From positions 2,875,331-2,939,330 of the forward strand of contig CAVWOJ010000001.1 in the NCBI GenBank assembly GCA_963756665.1: DNA of 64,000 nucleotides, in the 5' to 3' direction. The first letter of the stretch is position 1. Every line of letters starts with the position of its first letter. The DNA comes from an uncultured Solirubrobacterales bacterium (GTDB lineage: Bacteria > Actinomycetota > Thermoleophilia > Solirubrobacterales > Solirubrobacteraceae). Both the position numbers and the translations under genes were made by a program. Below are positions 36,885-46,576 of the stretch, one piece after another. The notes beneath the pieces are model-generated. The model was not told the DNA's origin, ran no database searches, and saw nothing but the letters and a program-made list of their open reading frames with translations.

Positions 36885-38941
36885 TGCTCCGTATTGGACG
36901 ACTCACCTTGGCAGGATTGGCCACGCTCGGCGTGATCGGCGGCGGCCTCGGCGCGTCAAGCGTCACGGCCTCGGCCGCGACTGGGTTTTCATACGAATCC
37001 CAGATAACTGGAGCGCCGGGTAGCGCGTTTGTCGACCTGGCCGGTGTCGCTGCGGATTCGAGCGGAGACGTATACGTCTCCGATTTCGGCGCGGGCGTCC
37101 TCGACAAGTTCAACGCGGCCGGCGTGTACCAGTCGCAGATCACGGGGCCACCCGGTGGCTTTGGTGGGCCCGGAGCTGTCGCGGTCAACCCAACCAATGA
37201 CGACGTGTACATAGTTGACCACGCCTCGCCAACGGTGGTGGACAAGTTCAACGCGGCCGGCGTGTACCAGTCGCAGATCACCGGCCCTCCGGGTGGCTTT
37301 GGCTCTGTGAGTGGCTTGGCGGTGGACGCCAACGGCAATGTGTACGTCGCAGAAAGCCTGGCCCACGTAGTCGATGAGTTCGACGCTGCCGGGGTGTACG
37401 AAGCCCAGATCGCGGGGCCTCCGGGTGGCTTCGCTTTCCCCCGCGGTCTCGCGACCGACGCGAGCAATGATCTGTATGTCGCCGATCTGACGGCGCCCGC
37501 GATCGACAAGATCGATCCCGCAGGCGCCTATCTATCGCAGCTCACGGCCCCTCCGGGCGGCTTTGGCGCTCCCGTCGCTGTCGCTGCCGGCGGGGGCGGT
37601 GAGGTCTATGTCGCCGACTCCAACCGTGTCGAGCAGTTCGACGCCACGGGCGCCTATCTCTCCCAGCTCCCCGGCCCTCCGGGCGGCTATGTCATGCCCG
37701 TGGCGCTGACTGTAGGGCCGAGCGGCGACGTCTATGTCGCTGACGAAGAAACCTCGACCGTGGACATCATCCAGGCGGTCACACTACCCGACGTCACGAC
37801 CGGCCCACAGGCAACAAATATCACTCCGACCTCCGAGCTGGTGAACGGCAGCGTCAACCCACTCGGGACTACGGATGCCAGCTACTACTTCGAATACGGG
37901 ACCGAAGCGACCTACGGAGCGCGGTCCCCCGCACCCCCCGGCACACCCGTATCGGGCTCCACCGCGCTACCGGCGAGCACGACGCTGACCGGGCTTCTGC
38001 CAGCCACTACCTATCACTACCGGCTGGATGCCACGAACAGCTCGGGCCAGGTCAGCGAGGGGCAGGACCAGACATTCACGACTCCTGCGGTTGCGCCGAC
38101 GGTCAACGACCAGCCACCGACCGCTTCGAGCCTCACACACGCCAGCGTCGTTCTCTCGGGGACCGTCAACCCCGAGGCCGTCCCGACCTTCTACCACTTC
38201 GTCTACGGGACGACCAGCAGCTATGGGGCGGCCGGCCCCGAGTTGGAAGCCGGCGCGGGCTATGGCGATGAGCTTCTCGGCCAGTACATCGCCGGCTTGG
38301 AACCCGGTATTACCTACCACTACGCGCTGGTGGCAACCAACAAGGCCGGGACCGTCACGGGCCCGGACGAGACCTTCACGACGACAGCGCTCACACCGCC
38401 ACTGCTCGAAACCGGCGCAGCAAGCGAAGTGACCCAGAGCACCGCGACGCTCTTCGGCACGGTCAACACCGAGGCGGAGCACACCAGCATCTACGGGTTC
38501 GATCTCGGGATCGACACGAACTACGGCCAAGCATTTGTCGTAGGCAGCGCGGAAGCCGGTCTCAGCGGGTCTCAGACGATCACCCAACAGCTCCAGGGCC
38601 TGGAACCCGGCACGACCTATCACTACCGGCTGTTCGCGACCAACACCGATGGCACCACCCACAGCATCGACGGGACCTTCACGACCGCGGGAGCACCGAA
38701 TCCCTCAGACGTGCTGGACATCCTCACGGTGCCCGCCGCGACCCCGCTGATCGCGACACCGACGCTCGTATTCCCCGCGGAAGTGAAAGCCGGGAGCCCT
38801 GCAGTCAAGAGGCACACCAAGAAGAAGCCGACAAAGAGGCAGAAGCGAGCAAAGCGGCCGAAGCGGAAGCCGGGTAGGAAGTCGAGCGTGGAAAGGAAGT
38901 CGAGCGTGGAACCTCTCAGACGCGCGGGAAGACCTGGGTGA
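36884..38941 (+). CDS. Secreted NHL (PPGGF) plus 3 FN3-like protein with basic tail (B3)
   Basis: Paralog of A3; ATG at 36884 (TAATG overlap, GGAGG upstream) rather than the ORF-track start at 36383. Confidence 0.8.
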   Translation: MLRIGRLTLAGLATLGVIGGGLGASSVTASAATGFSYESQITGAPGSAFVDLAGVAADSSGDVYVSDFGAGVLDKFNAAGVYQSQITGPPGGFGGPGAVAVNPTNDDVYIVDHASPTVVDKFNAAGVYQSQITGPPGGFGSVSGLAVDANGNVYVAESLAHVVDEFDAAGVYEAQIAGPPGGFAFPRGLATDASNDLYVADLTAPAIDKIDPAGAYLSQLTAPPGGFGAPVAVAAGGGGEVYVADSNRVEQFDATGAYLSQLPGPPGGYVMPVALTVGPSGDVYVADEETSTVDIIQAVTLPDVTTGPQATNITPTSELVNGSVNPLGTTDASYYFEYGTEATYGARSPAPPGTPVSGSTALPASTTLTGLLPATTYHYRLDATNSSGQVSEGQDQTFTTPAVAPTVNDQPPTASSLTHASVVLSGTVNPEAVPTFYHFVYGTTSSYGAAGPELEAGAGYGDELLGQYIAGLEPGITYHYALVATNKAGTVTGPDETFTTTALTPPLLETGAASEVTQSTATLFGTVNTEAEHTSIYGFDLGIDTNYGQAFVVGSAEAGLSGSQTITQQLQGLEPGTTYHYRLFATNTDGTTHSIDGTFTTAGAPNPSDVLDILTVPAATPLIATPTLVFPAEVKAGSPAVKRHTKKKPTKRQKRAKRPKRKPGRKSSVERKSSVEPLRRAGRPG
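38876..38911. repeat. 2 x 18-bp exact duplication at the end of cassette B
   Basis: aggaagtcgagcgtggaa twice (RKSSVE x2). Confidence 0.85.
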
Positions 38942-40256
38942 ACCGTTTGAGCGCCAGCGGGTTGCCGCGGGGGCGCAGCCGGCGGGTGGCGATCGCGCGC
39001 GCCGGGTTCAGGCGCTCGCCGACGATGTCGACCCAATCCTGGTAGGAGAGGCGCAGGCGCACGTCCGGGTTGGAGGCCTCGCCCTGGGCGACGGTGCTGG
39101 AGCCGTTGTTGACGGTGAGATGCCAGGTGGGCACGTCGGGGTCGGTGAAGTCCCACTGGATGACCGTCGGGCGGCGCAGCCCGTGGTTGGGGTTGACCTG
39201 GCGGCGGATCGTGTCGAAGAGCAGCTCGAGCGTCTCCGGGTCGCGCATGCTGGGGCCCTCCCGGACGCCGATCACCCCGGCCTGCGCGAGCCGGCGCCCG
39301 CGCTGGGAGAGCTCGACCGGGCTCAGGCCCGGGGGCATGATCGACGGGCCCGGCAGCGTCTCGGGCGCCAGGCCGGCGGAGCGCAGCTTGGTCATCAGCG
39401 AGTTCGCGCCCTCGCCGCCGACCTTGTCGAAGGTGTAGCCGAAGCAGGTCAGGTAGCTCTCGTCCCAGCCCGGAGGCATGAGCACCTGGGCGGTGTAGCG
39501 CATGACGTCGCGCAGCAGGCCCGCCACGGCCTTGGGGACGCCGACGGGGTCTTCGCGCTTGAGGTCCGAGAGCAGCTTCACGCCAAAGCCGATGTGGCGC
39601 TGCTCGTCGGCGGAGATGTTCTCCATGCCGGCGCGGAACGCCGGGAGCAGGTTGCGCTCCTCCAGGTAGCTACAGATCAGGTGCTGGCCGGGCTGGGCGA
39701 GGGCGCCCTCGATCACGACGTGATAGAGCGTGACGGCGGCGGCGAGCTTTGCGCGTGAGCGGTCGGCGCGCAGCTCATCGGCCATCGTGTCCAGGCGGTC
39801 GAAGATCTTGCGGAAGCCCGGCGTGAGCTGCGGCTTGATCGCGTTCAGCCCGCTGGCCATCGAGCCGTCACCGATCCCGCAGACCTCCTGCATGAAGCGC
39901 TTGAAGAAGACCGCGTGGCGGGCCTCGTCGACCTGCTGGGTAGCGAGGAAGTACTTCTGCTCCTCGCGCGGCGCCGCGTCGATGTAGGGAGACAAGTTAT
40001 CCGCGACCGCGTCCTCACCCCAGAAGAACAGCGCGTAGTTCCACAGCGCCGCCTGGCGCTCGAACTCCGTGAACTCCTCGCGCCACTGGCGCGCGTCCTC
40101 GGTGAAGTCGAGATCCATCGCGCTCCAGTTGCCGTGCTCCCAGCGGGTGTAGAGGTCCTCGTAGGAGATCGCGTCGGTCGGCAGGCTTTCGGCCGTCGGC
40201 CAGGCGCTCGCCGTGTCAGCGGGGGTGGTGGTGCTCGCGCTGCTCGCCATGGTCAT
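38916..40256 (-). CDS. Ferritin-like dimetal protein (R2lox / RNR-R2-like) fused to SCP2 sterol-carrier domain
   Basis: GEDAV, DEARH, IEG.LA and DEQRH ligand motifs; C-terminal IQWDFTD...WHLTV..G...PDV.L......W..I....LNP..A......RG. Confidence 0.8.
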   Translation of the reverse strand: MTMASSASTTTPADTASAWPTAESLPTDAISYEDLYTRWEHGNWSAMDLDFTEDARQWREEFTEFERQAALWNYALFFWGEDAVADNLSPYIDAAPREEQKYFLATQQVDEARHAVFFKRFMQEVCGIGDGSMASGLNAIKPQLTPGFRKIFDRLDTMADELRADRSRAKLAAAVTLYHVVIEGALAQPGQHLICSYLEERNLLPAFRAGMENISADEQRHIGFGVKLLSDLKREDPVGVPKAVAGLLRDVMRYTAQVLMPPGWDESYLTCFGYTFDKVGGEGANSLMTKLRSAGLAPETLPGPSIMPPGLSPVELSQRGRRLAQAGVIGVREGPSMRDPETLELLFDTIRRQVNPNHGLRRPTVIQWDFTDPDVPTWHLTVNNGSSTVAQGEASNPDVRLRLSYQDWVDIVGERLNPARAIATRRLRPRGNPLALKRFTQVFPRV

Positions 40257-40358
40257 CTGCTCCTCTGCGCGGTGCGCATCCGATCGATGTTCATTTTCTG
40301 TGCTCGCTACAGCCGGAATGATTGATGCCCTGGCTGGTCCTCACGCCCGGATAGCGAA

Positions 40359-40373
40359 CGTTATCGGATAACG
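40359..40373. promoter_or_regulatory. Candidate TetR operator (CGTTATC-G-GATAACG)
   Basis: Perfect 7-bp-arm palindrome in the AT-rich divergent intergenic region. Confidence 0.5.
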
Positions 40374-40417
40374 AGCATTATCGCAATAGGGATTGCTCGG
40401 TCAAGTAGGATTGCGTT

Positions 40418-41053
40418 GTGGCGAGTACGCGTTTAACCCGCGAGCAGAGCAAGGCCCAGACGCGCGAGCGGCTCCTCGCAGCGGCGCGGACGGTGTTCGC
40501 GGGGCGCGGCTTCCACGGCGCCTCGGTCGAGGAGATCGCGGCCGAGGCCGGCTACTCGACCGGCGCGCTGTACTCGAACTTCGACGGCAAGGAGGCGCTG
40601 TTCCTGGCGCTGCTGGACCGCGAGATCGACGAGCACGCACGCGAGATCGAGGAGGCCGTGCGCGAGCGCACCTCGGTCGTCGAGCGCGCCCGCGGCGGCG
40701 CCGATCGCTGGATGGCGATGATCGAGCGCGAGCCCGAGCTGCAACTGCTGTTCATGGAGTTCTGGGCCTACGCCGGGCGCGACCCGAAAGTGCGCCGCCA
40801 GGTCGCCGCGAGCTTCGCGCGGGCACGCCAGGTCCTCACACGCCTGATCGCGGACGGAGCACGCGACTTCGAACTGGAGCTGGAGCTCCCGGCCGAGCAG
40901 CTCGCGGTCGCGATCGACGCGCTCGCGGACGGCATCGCCCGTCAGAAGATGGCCGACCCCGAGTCCGTTCCCGACGAGCTGATGGGACGGGTGCTCGCGC
41001 TGCTGCTGGCCGGCGCCACGCGCCCGCTGTCGGGCACGCACAAACACGCGTAG
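40418..41053 (+). CDS. TetR/AcrR-family regulator
   Basis: TRERLL.AA..VF...GF.GASVEEIA.EAGYS.GALYSNF.GKE.LF; TAGGAT 6 nt before the GTG. Confidence 0.93.
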   Translation: MASTRLTREQSKAQTRERLLAAARTVFAGRGFHGASVEEIAAEAGYSTGALYSNFDGKEALFLALLDREIDEHAREIEEAVRERTSVVERARGGADRWMAMIEREPELQLLFMEFWAYAGRDPKVRRQVAASFARARQVLTRLIADGARDFELELELPAEQLAVAIDALADGIARQKMADPESVPDELMGRVLALLLAGATRPLSGTHKHA

Positions 41054-41763
41054 TGCACCGTGAACAGGCGTCGCGCGGCCGCCGGTGCGAGGCGGTGCGG
41101 GCCGGCGCGTAGCGCCCACTTGACGGTGGCGGCGACTGGCCGGGCGGTGAGGAAGCGGTGTACCTCGAGCGGCAGCGGGTCCTCCAGCTCGCCCGCGAGG
41201 CGCAGGCCGGCGGCCGCGACGATGCGCCTGACGCTGCCCAGGCTCAGGTGGTGCAGGTGCCCGACCTGCGCCGCGTGCGCGCGCTTGGCGGCGCGGCGCG
41301 CGGAGAGGTTGTCCTCCAGCGGCACCTCGACGACGACGGCCCGGCAGGCACGCGCGACCTCGGCCAGCAGCGCCGCCGGATCGTGGACGTGCTCCAGAAC
41401 GTGCGAGAGGATGCCGAGCTCGTACTGGCCGTCCCCCGCCGGGAGCCGGCGCCCGTCGTAGACCTCGACCTGCGCGATCGCCTCCCGGCCGCGCGCGATC
41501 GCCACCGCCGCAGGCGCGATCTCGACGCCGGCGAGGCGTCCGCCGAAGCCGCGGCGGCGCAGCTCGCAGAGCAGCGCCCCGTCACCGCAGCCGACCTCCA
41601 GCGTGCTCCGCGGCGCGAGGCCCGCGCCGGCGCAGAGCGCCAGGACGTGGTCCGCCTTGCCCATCGCGCCCAGGGCCCGCCAGCGCGAGTGCCTCTCCGC
41701 GCGCGCCGGATCCCGGGTGTACCCCGCTTGGTAGAAGTCCGCCAGCTCCGCCCTGTCGGCCAC
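40942..41763 (-). CDS. Class I SAM methyltransferase
   Basis: LEVGCGDG and SHVLEHV.DP motifs; GTG at 41763 inferred (GATAAT 7 nt upstream). Confidence 0.85.
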   Translation of the reverse strand: MADRAELADFYQAGYTRDPARAERHSRWRALGAMGKADHVLALCAGAGLAPRSTLEVGCGDGALLCELRRRGFGGRLAGVEIAPAAVAIARGREAIAQVEVYDGRRLPAGDGQYELGILSHVLEHVHDPAALLAEVARACRAVVVEVPLEDNLSARRAAKRAHAAQVGHLHHLSLGSVRRIVAAAGLRLAGELEDPLPLEVHRFLTARPVAATVKWALRAGPHRLAPAAARRLFTVHYACLCVPDSGRVAPASSSASTRPISSSGTDSGSAIF

Positions 41764-41785
41764 ACCGGCGATTATCGTGGTCGCG

Positions 41786-44005
41786 ATGGCGTCGAGGCTC
41801 ATCGCTGCGCTGCGCGAGGCGCCGGCCACCATACCCGCCCTGGCCGCGCTCGCCCTGATGGTCGTATGGTCCACCGCCGACGCCGGTTATCCGCTGACCC
41901 ACTGGGCGCCGGGGGGGCTGATCGTGCTCGCGCTGCTGGCGATCGCGCTCGCCGCCGTGCGCCCGCGCGTAGCCGAGATCCCCCTCGCGGTGCGGATCGC
42001 GCTGCTGTGCCTAGCGGCCTACACCGCCCTCAGCTTCCTCTCGATCCTGTGGGCCGCGGTGCCCGGCGACGCCTGGGAAGGGGCGAACCGCACGCTGCTC
42101 TACCTGCTCGTCTTCGCGCTGTTCGCGTGCTGGCCACAGCGCGGCGCCACCGCAGCGCTGCTGCTGTGCGCGTGGACGCTCGCCATGATCGGCTTCGCTG
42201 CGTTCGCCGCGCTGCACGTAAACGCCGCCGCCGGCAGCCTTGCGCGCCTGCAGACGCTGCTGCCCGGCGGCCGCCTCGTCTACCCGGCTGGCTACGCCAA
42301 CGCCGACGCCGCGCAGTGGCTGATGGCGTTCTGGCCGGCGCTGCTGCTCGCGCGCAGCCGCGAGCTGCCGTGGGGCCTGCGCGGGGCGCTCGCCGGCGGC
42401 GCGGTGCTGCTCGCGCAGGTCGCGCTGCTCAGCCAGAGTCGCGGGGCGCTGTACGCGACCCCGGTGATGCTCGTGCTCGTGTTCGCGCTGCTCCCCGGGC
42501 GGGTGCGCACGTTCGCGCTGCTCGTGCCCATCGCCGCCGGCATCGGCGCCTCCGCGCCCGCGGTACTGCGCGTCGGCGAACGCCTCGAAGCGGCCCAGAG
42601 CGCCACCGCGGCGGGTCACGGTGCGCCCGCCGCGGCCCGGACTGCAGCTGCCGCGTCCCGGGCCGCGGCGGCGGTGCACGGCGCGAGCGCCGCGATCTTC
42701 GCGGCCGCGCTCGCCGTCGCGCTCCTGGTGGCCGCCGGCGCCGCGATCGAGCGCCGTCGCGGGCCGCTCCCGCAGGCCGTGGCGACGCGCGTGCACCGCG
42801 GCACGGGCGCCGTCGCGCTGATCGCCCTGGTGCTGCTGCTCGCCGGCGGCTGGGCCGCCGCGGGCAACCCGCTCACGCGCGCCCGCCACGCCTGGGACAC
42901 GTTCAAAAGCCCCAGCGGCTACGCCGCCAACAGCAGCGGCGCCAGCCGTCTGACGGGGGGCCTGGGCAGCAGTCGCTACGACTTCTACCGCGTCGCCCTC
43001 GACGAGTTCGCCGACCATCCGCTGCTCGGCATCGGCGCCGACAACTTCGCCGAGCCCTACCTCGCACACGGGCGCAGCGACGAGACCCCGCACTACCCGC
43101 ACAGCGTCGAGCTGCGCACGCTCACCGAGACCGGTCTCGTGGGAGCACTGCTCGCGGTGGTCGGGCTGGGCGCCGCGCTGCTGGCCTGCTGGCGCGCCGT
43201 GACGCGCGCGCCGGACCGGCTGACGTGCGCCTGCGACCAGCCGACGCGCGCCTCCGACCAGCTGGCGCGCGCGGTCGCCGCCGCCGCGATCGCGGGCTTC
43301 GGCTACTGGGTGGTCCATGGCTCCTTCGACTGGTTCTGGGAGTTCGCCGGTCTCGGCGCCCCGGCCTTCGCGCTGCTCGGGCTCGCCTGCGCGCTGGCGC
43401 CCCGCGCCAGCGCCGTGAATGCACCGCTTGGCGCCGAGACCACGGCCGCGGCGGTGGCGGCGGCGCCGCCCAGCGCGGAGGACGCGGCCGGGCCGTCCCG
43501 CGCCGGGCCCGTCGCCGTTCCTGTCGTCGTGCCGTCCCGCGCCGGGCCTGTCGCCGGAGGACGGCTGCGCCCGTTGCGTGCGCTCGCCGGTGGGCTCGCC
43601 GCGCTGGCCGCGATCGCCTCCTTCACCGCCCCGTGGCTGAGCGAGCTGCAGGTGCAGAGCGCGGCCCGCATCTGGGTGCGCGCTCCGCGCCAGGCCTACG
43701 CGCGCCTCGACGACGCCGCGCGCCTGAACCCGCTTGGCGACGAACCGTACGTCGTGGCCGGCAGCATCGCGCTGCGCCTGGGTGAGCTAGGGCGCGCCGA
43801 CCGCGAGTTCGCGCTGGCCCTGGGGCGTACCCCGGGAGACGCCTACGCCACGCTCGAGCGGGGAGCGATCGCCTCGACTCGCGGGGACCGGCGCGCGGCC
43901 CTGGCGCTGCTCGAGCGGGCCGCCCGGCTGAACCCGCGGGACCCGCTCACCAGGCAGGCGCTGGCGCTCGCACGCGCGGACAGCGCGTCGACGTCGGTGC
44001 GCTGA
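41786..44005 (+). CDS. O-antigen ligase family membrane protein with C-terminal TPR (C-terminus possibly frameshifted; alternative stop 44043)
   Basis: RL.YP.GYANA, QSRGA, HPLLGIGADNF, PHSVELRTLTETGLVG and VHGSFDWFW motifs plus TPR; ATG at 41786 lies 7 nt after TATCGT. Confidence 0.85.
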   Translation: MASRLIAALREAPATIPALAALALMVVWSTADAGYPLTHWAPGGLIVLALLAIALAAVRPRVAEIPLAVRIALLCLAAYTALSFLSILWAAVPGDAWEGANRTLLYLLVFALFACWPQRGATAALLLCAWTLAMIGFAAFAALHVNAAAGSLARLQTLLPGGRLVYPAGYANADAAQWLMAFWPALLLARSRELPWGLRGALAGGAVLLAQVALLSQSRGALYATPVMLVLVFALLPGRVRTFALLVPIAAGIGASAPAVLRVGERLEAAQSATAAGHGAPAAARTAAAASRAAAAVHGASAAIFAAALAVALLVAAGAAIERRRGPLPQAVATRVHRGTGAVALIALVLLLAGGWAAAGNPLTRARHAWDTFKSPSGYAANSSGASRLTGGLGSSRYDFYRVALDEFADHPLLGIGADNFAEPYLAHGRSDETPHYPHSVELRTLTETGLVGALLAVVGLGAALLACWRAVTRAPDRLTCACDQPTRASDQLARAVAAAAIAGFGYWVVHGSFDWFWEFAGLGAPAFALLGLACALAPRASAVNAPLGAETTAAAVAAAPPSAEDAAGPSRAGPVAVPVVVPSRAGPVAGGRLRPLRALAGGLAALAAIASFTAPWLSELQVQSAARIWVRAPRQAYARLDDAARLNPLGDEPYVVAGSIALRLGELGRADREFALALGRTPGDAYATLERGAIASTRGDRRAALALLERAARLNPRDPLTRQALALARADSASTSVR

Positions 44006-44262
44006 ACCGCTCAATCCTTCGCAATGCCCAGCAATTCTTGTAGAACCGAGTGAAAATATCGGGTCAAATCGGGGTTCTGCCTCGACACATGCCCCCAGCT
44101 TCGCTACTTTTCTAAGGGAAGCCTGATCGATGCGCCGGTCTCGACGCCGCGGCAACTGAGAGCTCAGTCGCGACATACGAGTGGCGAGTAGATGCCAGGG
44201 CACAGGCACGGAGAGCGGCCAGACGGTCGTTCGAGCCGAAGGGAACCCCAAGGTCGGGAAGC

Positions 44263-44823
44263 ATGAAACGCCATCGCACCATCGTCTCAACACTGATCCT
44301 GCTCGCCGGGCTCAGTGTCAGCGTGCCGGCCGCCGCGTTCGCCGGTGGTCCGCTGCTCAGCGGCTACGGCGGTCCGGGCGCAGGCGCCCAGACGATCCTC
44401 GGGGCCGCCCTGCTGAACGGGCCCACGGGCGGTGGCGGTTCGACCGGTGGCGGCTCGGCCGGCGGCGGTGGCGGGGCGGGCGGCGCCCCCGGCCGCTCGA
44501 GCGGCCCGACCGCGACCGGCGCCGAAAGCGGTTCCGCGACGGGCTCACACCCGGCGACCGTAACGCGCCGCCAAGCAGCCCGTAGCGGGCGCCGTGGCGG
44601 CGGTTCCACAACGGCCGCGGGCTCCGCCTCCGGCACGCACCCGCGCGCCGCAGGCGCGAATCCCAACCGATCGCACCTTGAAACGTCCGCGGCTGTTACT
44701 ACGAGCGACGCCGGGATGTCGTGGTTCTCCGGCGCGGATCTGCTCGCGCTTGTGCTGGCGTCCGGCGCGCTGGCGCTCGTGGCGCTAGCGACAGTGCGAT
44801 TGACACGAACTGAGCATGATTGA
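44263..44823 (+). CDS. Small secreted Gly/Ser/Thr-rich protein with C-terminal TM anchor
   Basis: Signal peptide, GYGGPGAG motif, low-complexity linker, hydrophobic C-terminal helix. Confidence 0.7.
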   Translation: MKRHRTIVSTLILLAGLSVSVPAAAFAGGPLLSGYGGPGAGAQTILGAALLNGPTGGGGSTGGGSAGGGGGAGGAPGRSSGPTATGAESGSATGSHPATVTRRQAARSGRRGGGSTTAAGSASGTHPRAAGANPNRSHLETSAAVTTSDAGMSWFSGADLLALVLASGALALVALATVRLTRTEHD

Positions 44824-44893
44824 CGACTAACAGCGCGAAACAGCAGGGGATCGCAAGACGTAAACGAGAACGGACAAGGATGCCCTCCCGCCC

Positions 44894-46507
44894 ATGAACG
44901 GCCCACGCCTCACCCAACAGACGACCACCCCCTCGCTACCCGCCATCACGGGCAGTCCCGCGCGCCGCGCGCCGGGACCGCGCTCGGCGCCCGCCGGGAT
45001 CTTCAGCGGGCCGCTGCAGTGGCTACTCGAGGAGCCCGGCTGGGGCGTTCTGCGTCCGGCCGTCGACTTCGTGCTGCTGTGTCTCGCCGTGGTGCTCGCG
45101 CTCGGCGGGCTGCACCCCGCGCTGCACCTCTCCGCCGTGCGCGCGCCGCTGCTGGCGCTGCCGCCGCTGACGATGCTGCTGCTCTACCTGCGCGGGCTCT
45201 ACCGCACGCGGCTGCGGGCGCTGATCCTCGACGGCCTGGCCCCGGTCGTGAGCGCGGTCTCGGTGGCCGCGATGGCCGTCGCGATGATCGGCCTGTTCGC
45301 CAACGGGCAGGTCCCCACCCAGTCCAACTGGGTGCACGCCTGGCTGTACGCGCTGCTGGCCGTCGGCTGCGGGCGGATCGTGCTGGCGGTCGCCCAACGC
45401 TGGGCGCGCAGCCGCGGAGTCGTCGGACGTCCCGTGCTGATCGTCGGCGCCGGCCTCGTCGGCGCCCAGGTCGCGCGGCGCCTGGAGGATCACCCCGAGT
45501 ACGGCCTCAGCCCCGTCGGCTTCCTCGACGAGGATCCACGTCCGCTCGCGGAGGTCGGTGGGCGCGACGTCCCGGTGCTGGGCACCGCCGAGGACCTCGA
45601 CGAGGTCGTGCGACGCACCGGCGTCAAAAACCTGATCGTGGCCTTCTCCTCCGTCGCCGACGCCCGCGTCAGTCGCCTGATCCGACGCTGCCAGGAGCTG
45701 GGGATCGAGGTCTCCGTCGTGCCTCGCATGTTCGACACGATCAACAACCGCGTCGGTTACGACACCGTCGGCGGGTTGCCGCTGATGTCCTTCATTAGCG
45801 TCAACCCGCGCGGCCTGCAGTTCACGCTCAAGCACGCCTCCGACCGCGTGTTCGCCGCGCTGCTGCTGGTCCTGCTCGCGCCGGTGATGGCGCTGACCGC
45901 GCTCGTCGTGCGGCTGAGCTCACCCGGCCCGATCCTCTACTGCCAACGCCGCGTCGGACGCGACGGCACGCTGTTCGACCTCTACAAGTTCCGCTCGATG
46001 CGCATGGACGAGCTCAACCGCCTGGAGATCGGCCAGCAGGCCGCCGGCGCACAGGTCTCGCTCGCGGGCACCCCCGAGCTCTCCGCCGCGCCGCTCAGCG
46101 GCGACGACATCACCGCCTTCGAGTTCATGCTGGGTGGCGATACCGCCCCCGGCGGAGTCGAGGGCGCCGACCGCCGCACCCTGATCGGGCGCATCCTGCG
46201 CCGCACCTCACTCGACGAGCTGCCGCAGCTCTTCAACGTCCTGCGCGGCGAGATGAGCCTGATCGGTCCCCGCCCCGAGCGCCCCGAGTTCGTCGAGCTC
46301 TTCCGGCAGGACATCGCCCGCTACGGCGACCGCCACCGCGTCAAGTCCGGGATCACCGGCTGGGCCCAGGTACACGGCCTGCGCGGCCAGACCTCGCTCG
46401 CCGAGCGGGTCGAGTGGGACAACTACTACATCGCCCACTGGTCGCTCGCGCTCGACCTGAAGATCCTCGCGCTGACCTTCGGTGCGCTGCTGCGCAACGC
46501 CGAGTGA
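44894..46507 (+). CDS. Priming polyprenyl glycosyl-phosphotransferase (WcaJ/WbaP-like)
   Basis: N-terminal TM helices, VLIVGAG, YKFRSM, SLDELPQL.NV..GEMSLIGPRPE and GITGWAQV.G motifs. Confidence 0.93.
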   Translation: MNGPRLTQQTTTPSLPAITGSPARRAPGPRSAPAGIFSGPLQWLLEEPGWGVLRPAVDFVLLCLAVVLALGGLHPALHLSAVRAPLLALPPLTMLLLYLRGLYRTRLRALILDGLAPVVSAVSVAAMAVAMIGLFANGQVPTQSNWVHAWLYALLAVGCGRIVLAVAQRWARSRGVVGRPVLIVGAGLVGAQVARRLEDHPEYGLSPVGFLDEDPRPLAEVGGRDVPVLGTAEDLDEVVRRTGVKNLIVAFSSVADARVSRLIRRCQELGIEVSVVPRMFDTINNRVGYDTVGGLPLMSFISVNPRGLQFTLKHASDRVFAALLLVLLAPVMALTALVVRLSSPGPILYCQRRVGRDGTLFDLYKFRSMRMDELNRLEIGQQAAGAQVSLAGTPELSAAPLSGDDITAFEFMLGGDTAPGGVEGADRRTLIGRILRRTSLDELPQLFNVLRGEMSLIGPRPERPEFVELFRQDIARYGDRHRVKSGITGWAQVHGLRGQTSLAERVEWDNYYIAHWSLALDLKILALTFGALLRNAE

Positions 46508-46576
46508 TCAGATGCTGCGCCGGGCATCCCGGCCCGCAACGCCGAGTGATCAGATGCTGCGCCGGGCGTCCCGGCC
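46493..46576. repeat. 42-bp tandem duplication spanning the stop codons of two convergent genes
   Basis: cgcaacgccgagtgatcagatgctgcgccgggcRtcccggcc twice. Confidence 0.9.

Noticed and set aside
12400-38941. Cassettes as a prophage, transposon or diversity-generating retroelement
   Set aside because: No integrase, transposase, reverse transcriptase or phage structural gene is present. No terminal repeats or target-site duplication were found, and the differences are not adenine-specific.
41158-43785. Long alternative-frame and antisense ORFs (e.g. 875 aa here, 739 aa at 55458, 596 aa at 51840)
   Set aside because: These are Arg/Ala/Pro-rich shadow ORFs typical of high-GC DNA overlapping well-supported genes, with no recognisable motifs.
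44100-44262. Possible c-di-GMP-II or other riboswitch upstream of 44263 (contains CCAGGGCAC and a small hairpin)
   Set aside because: The downstream GUGC pseudoknot partner and other consensus elements are not visible.
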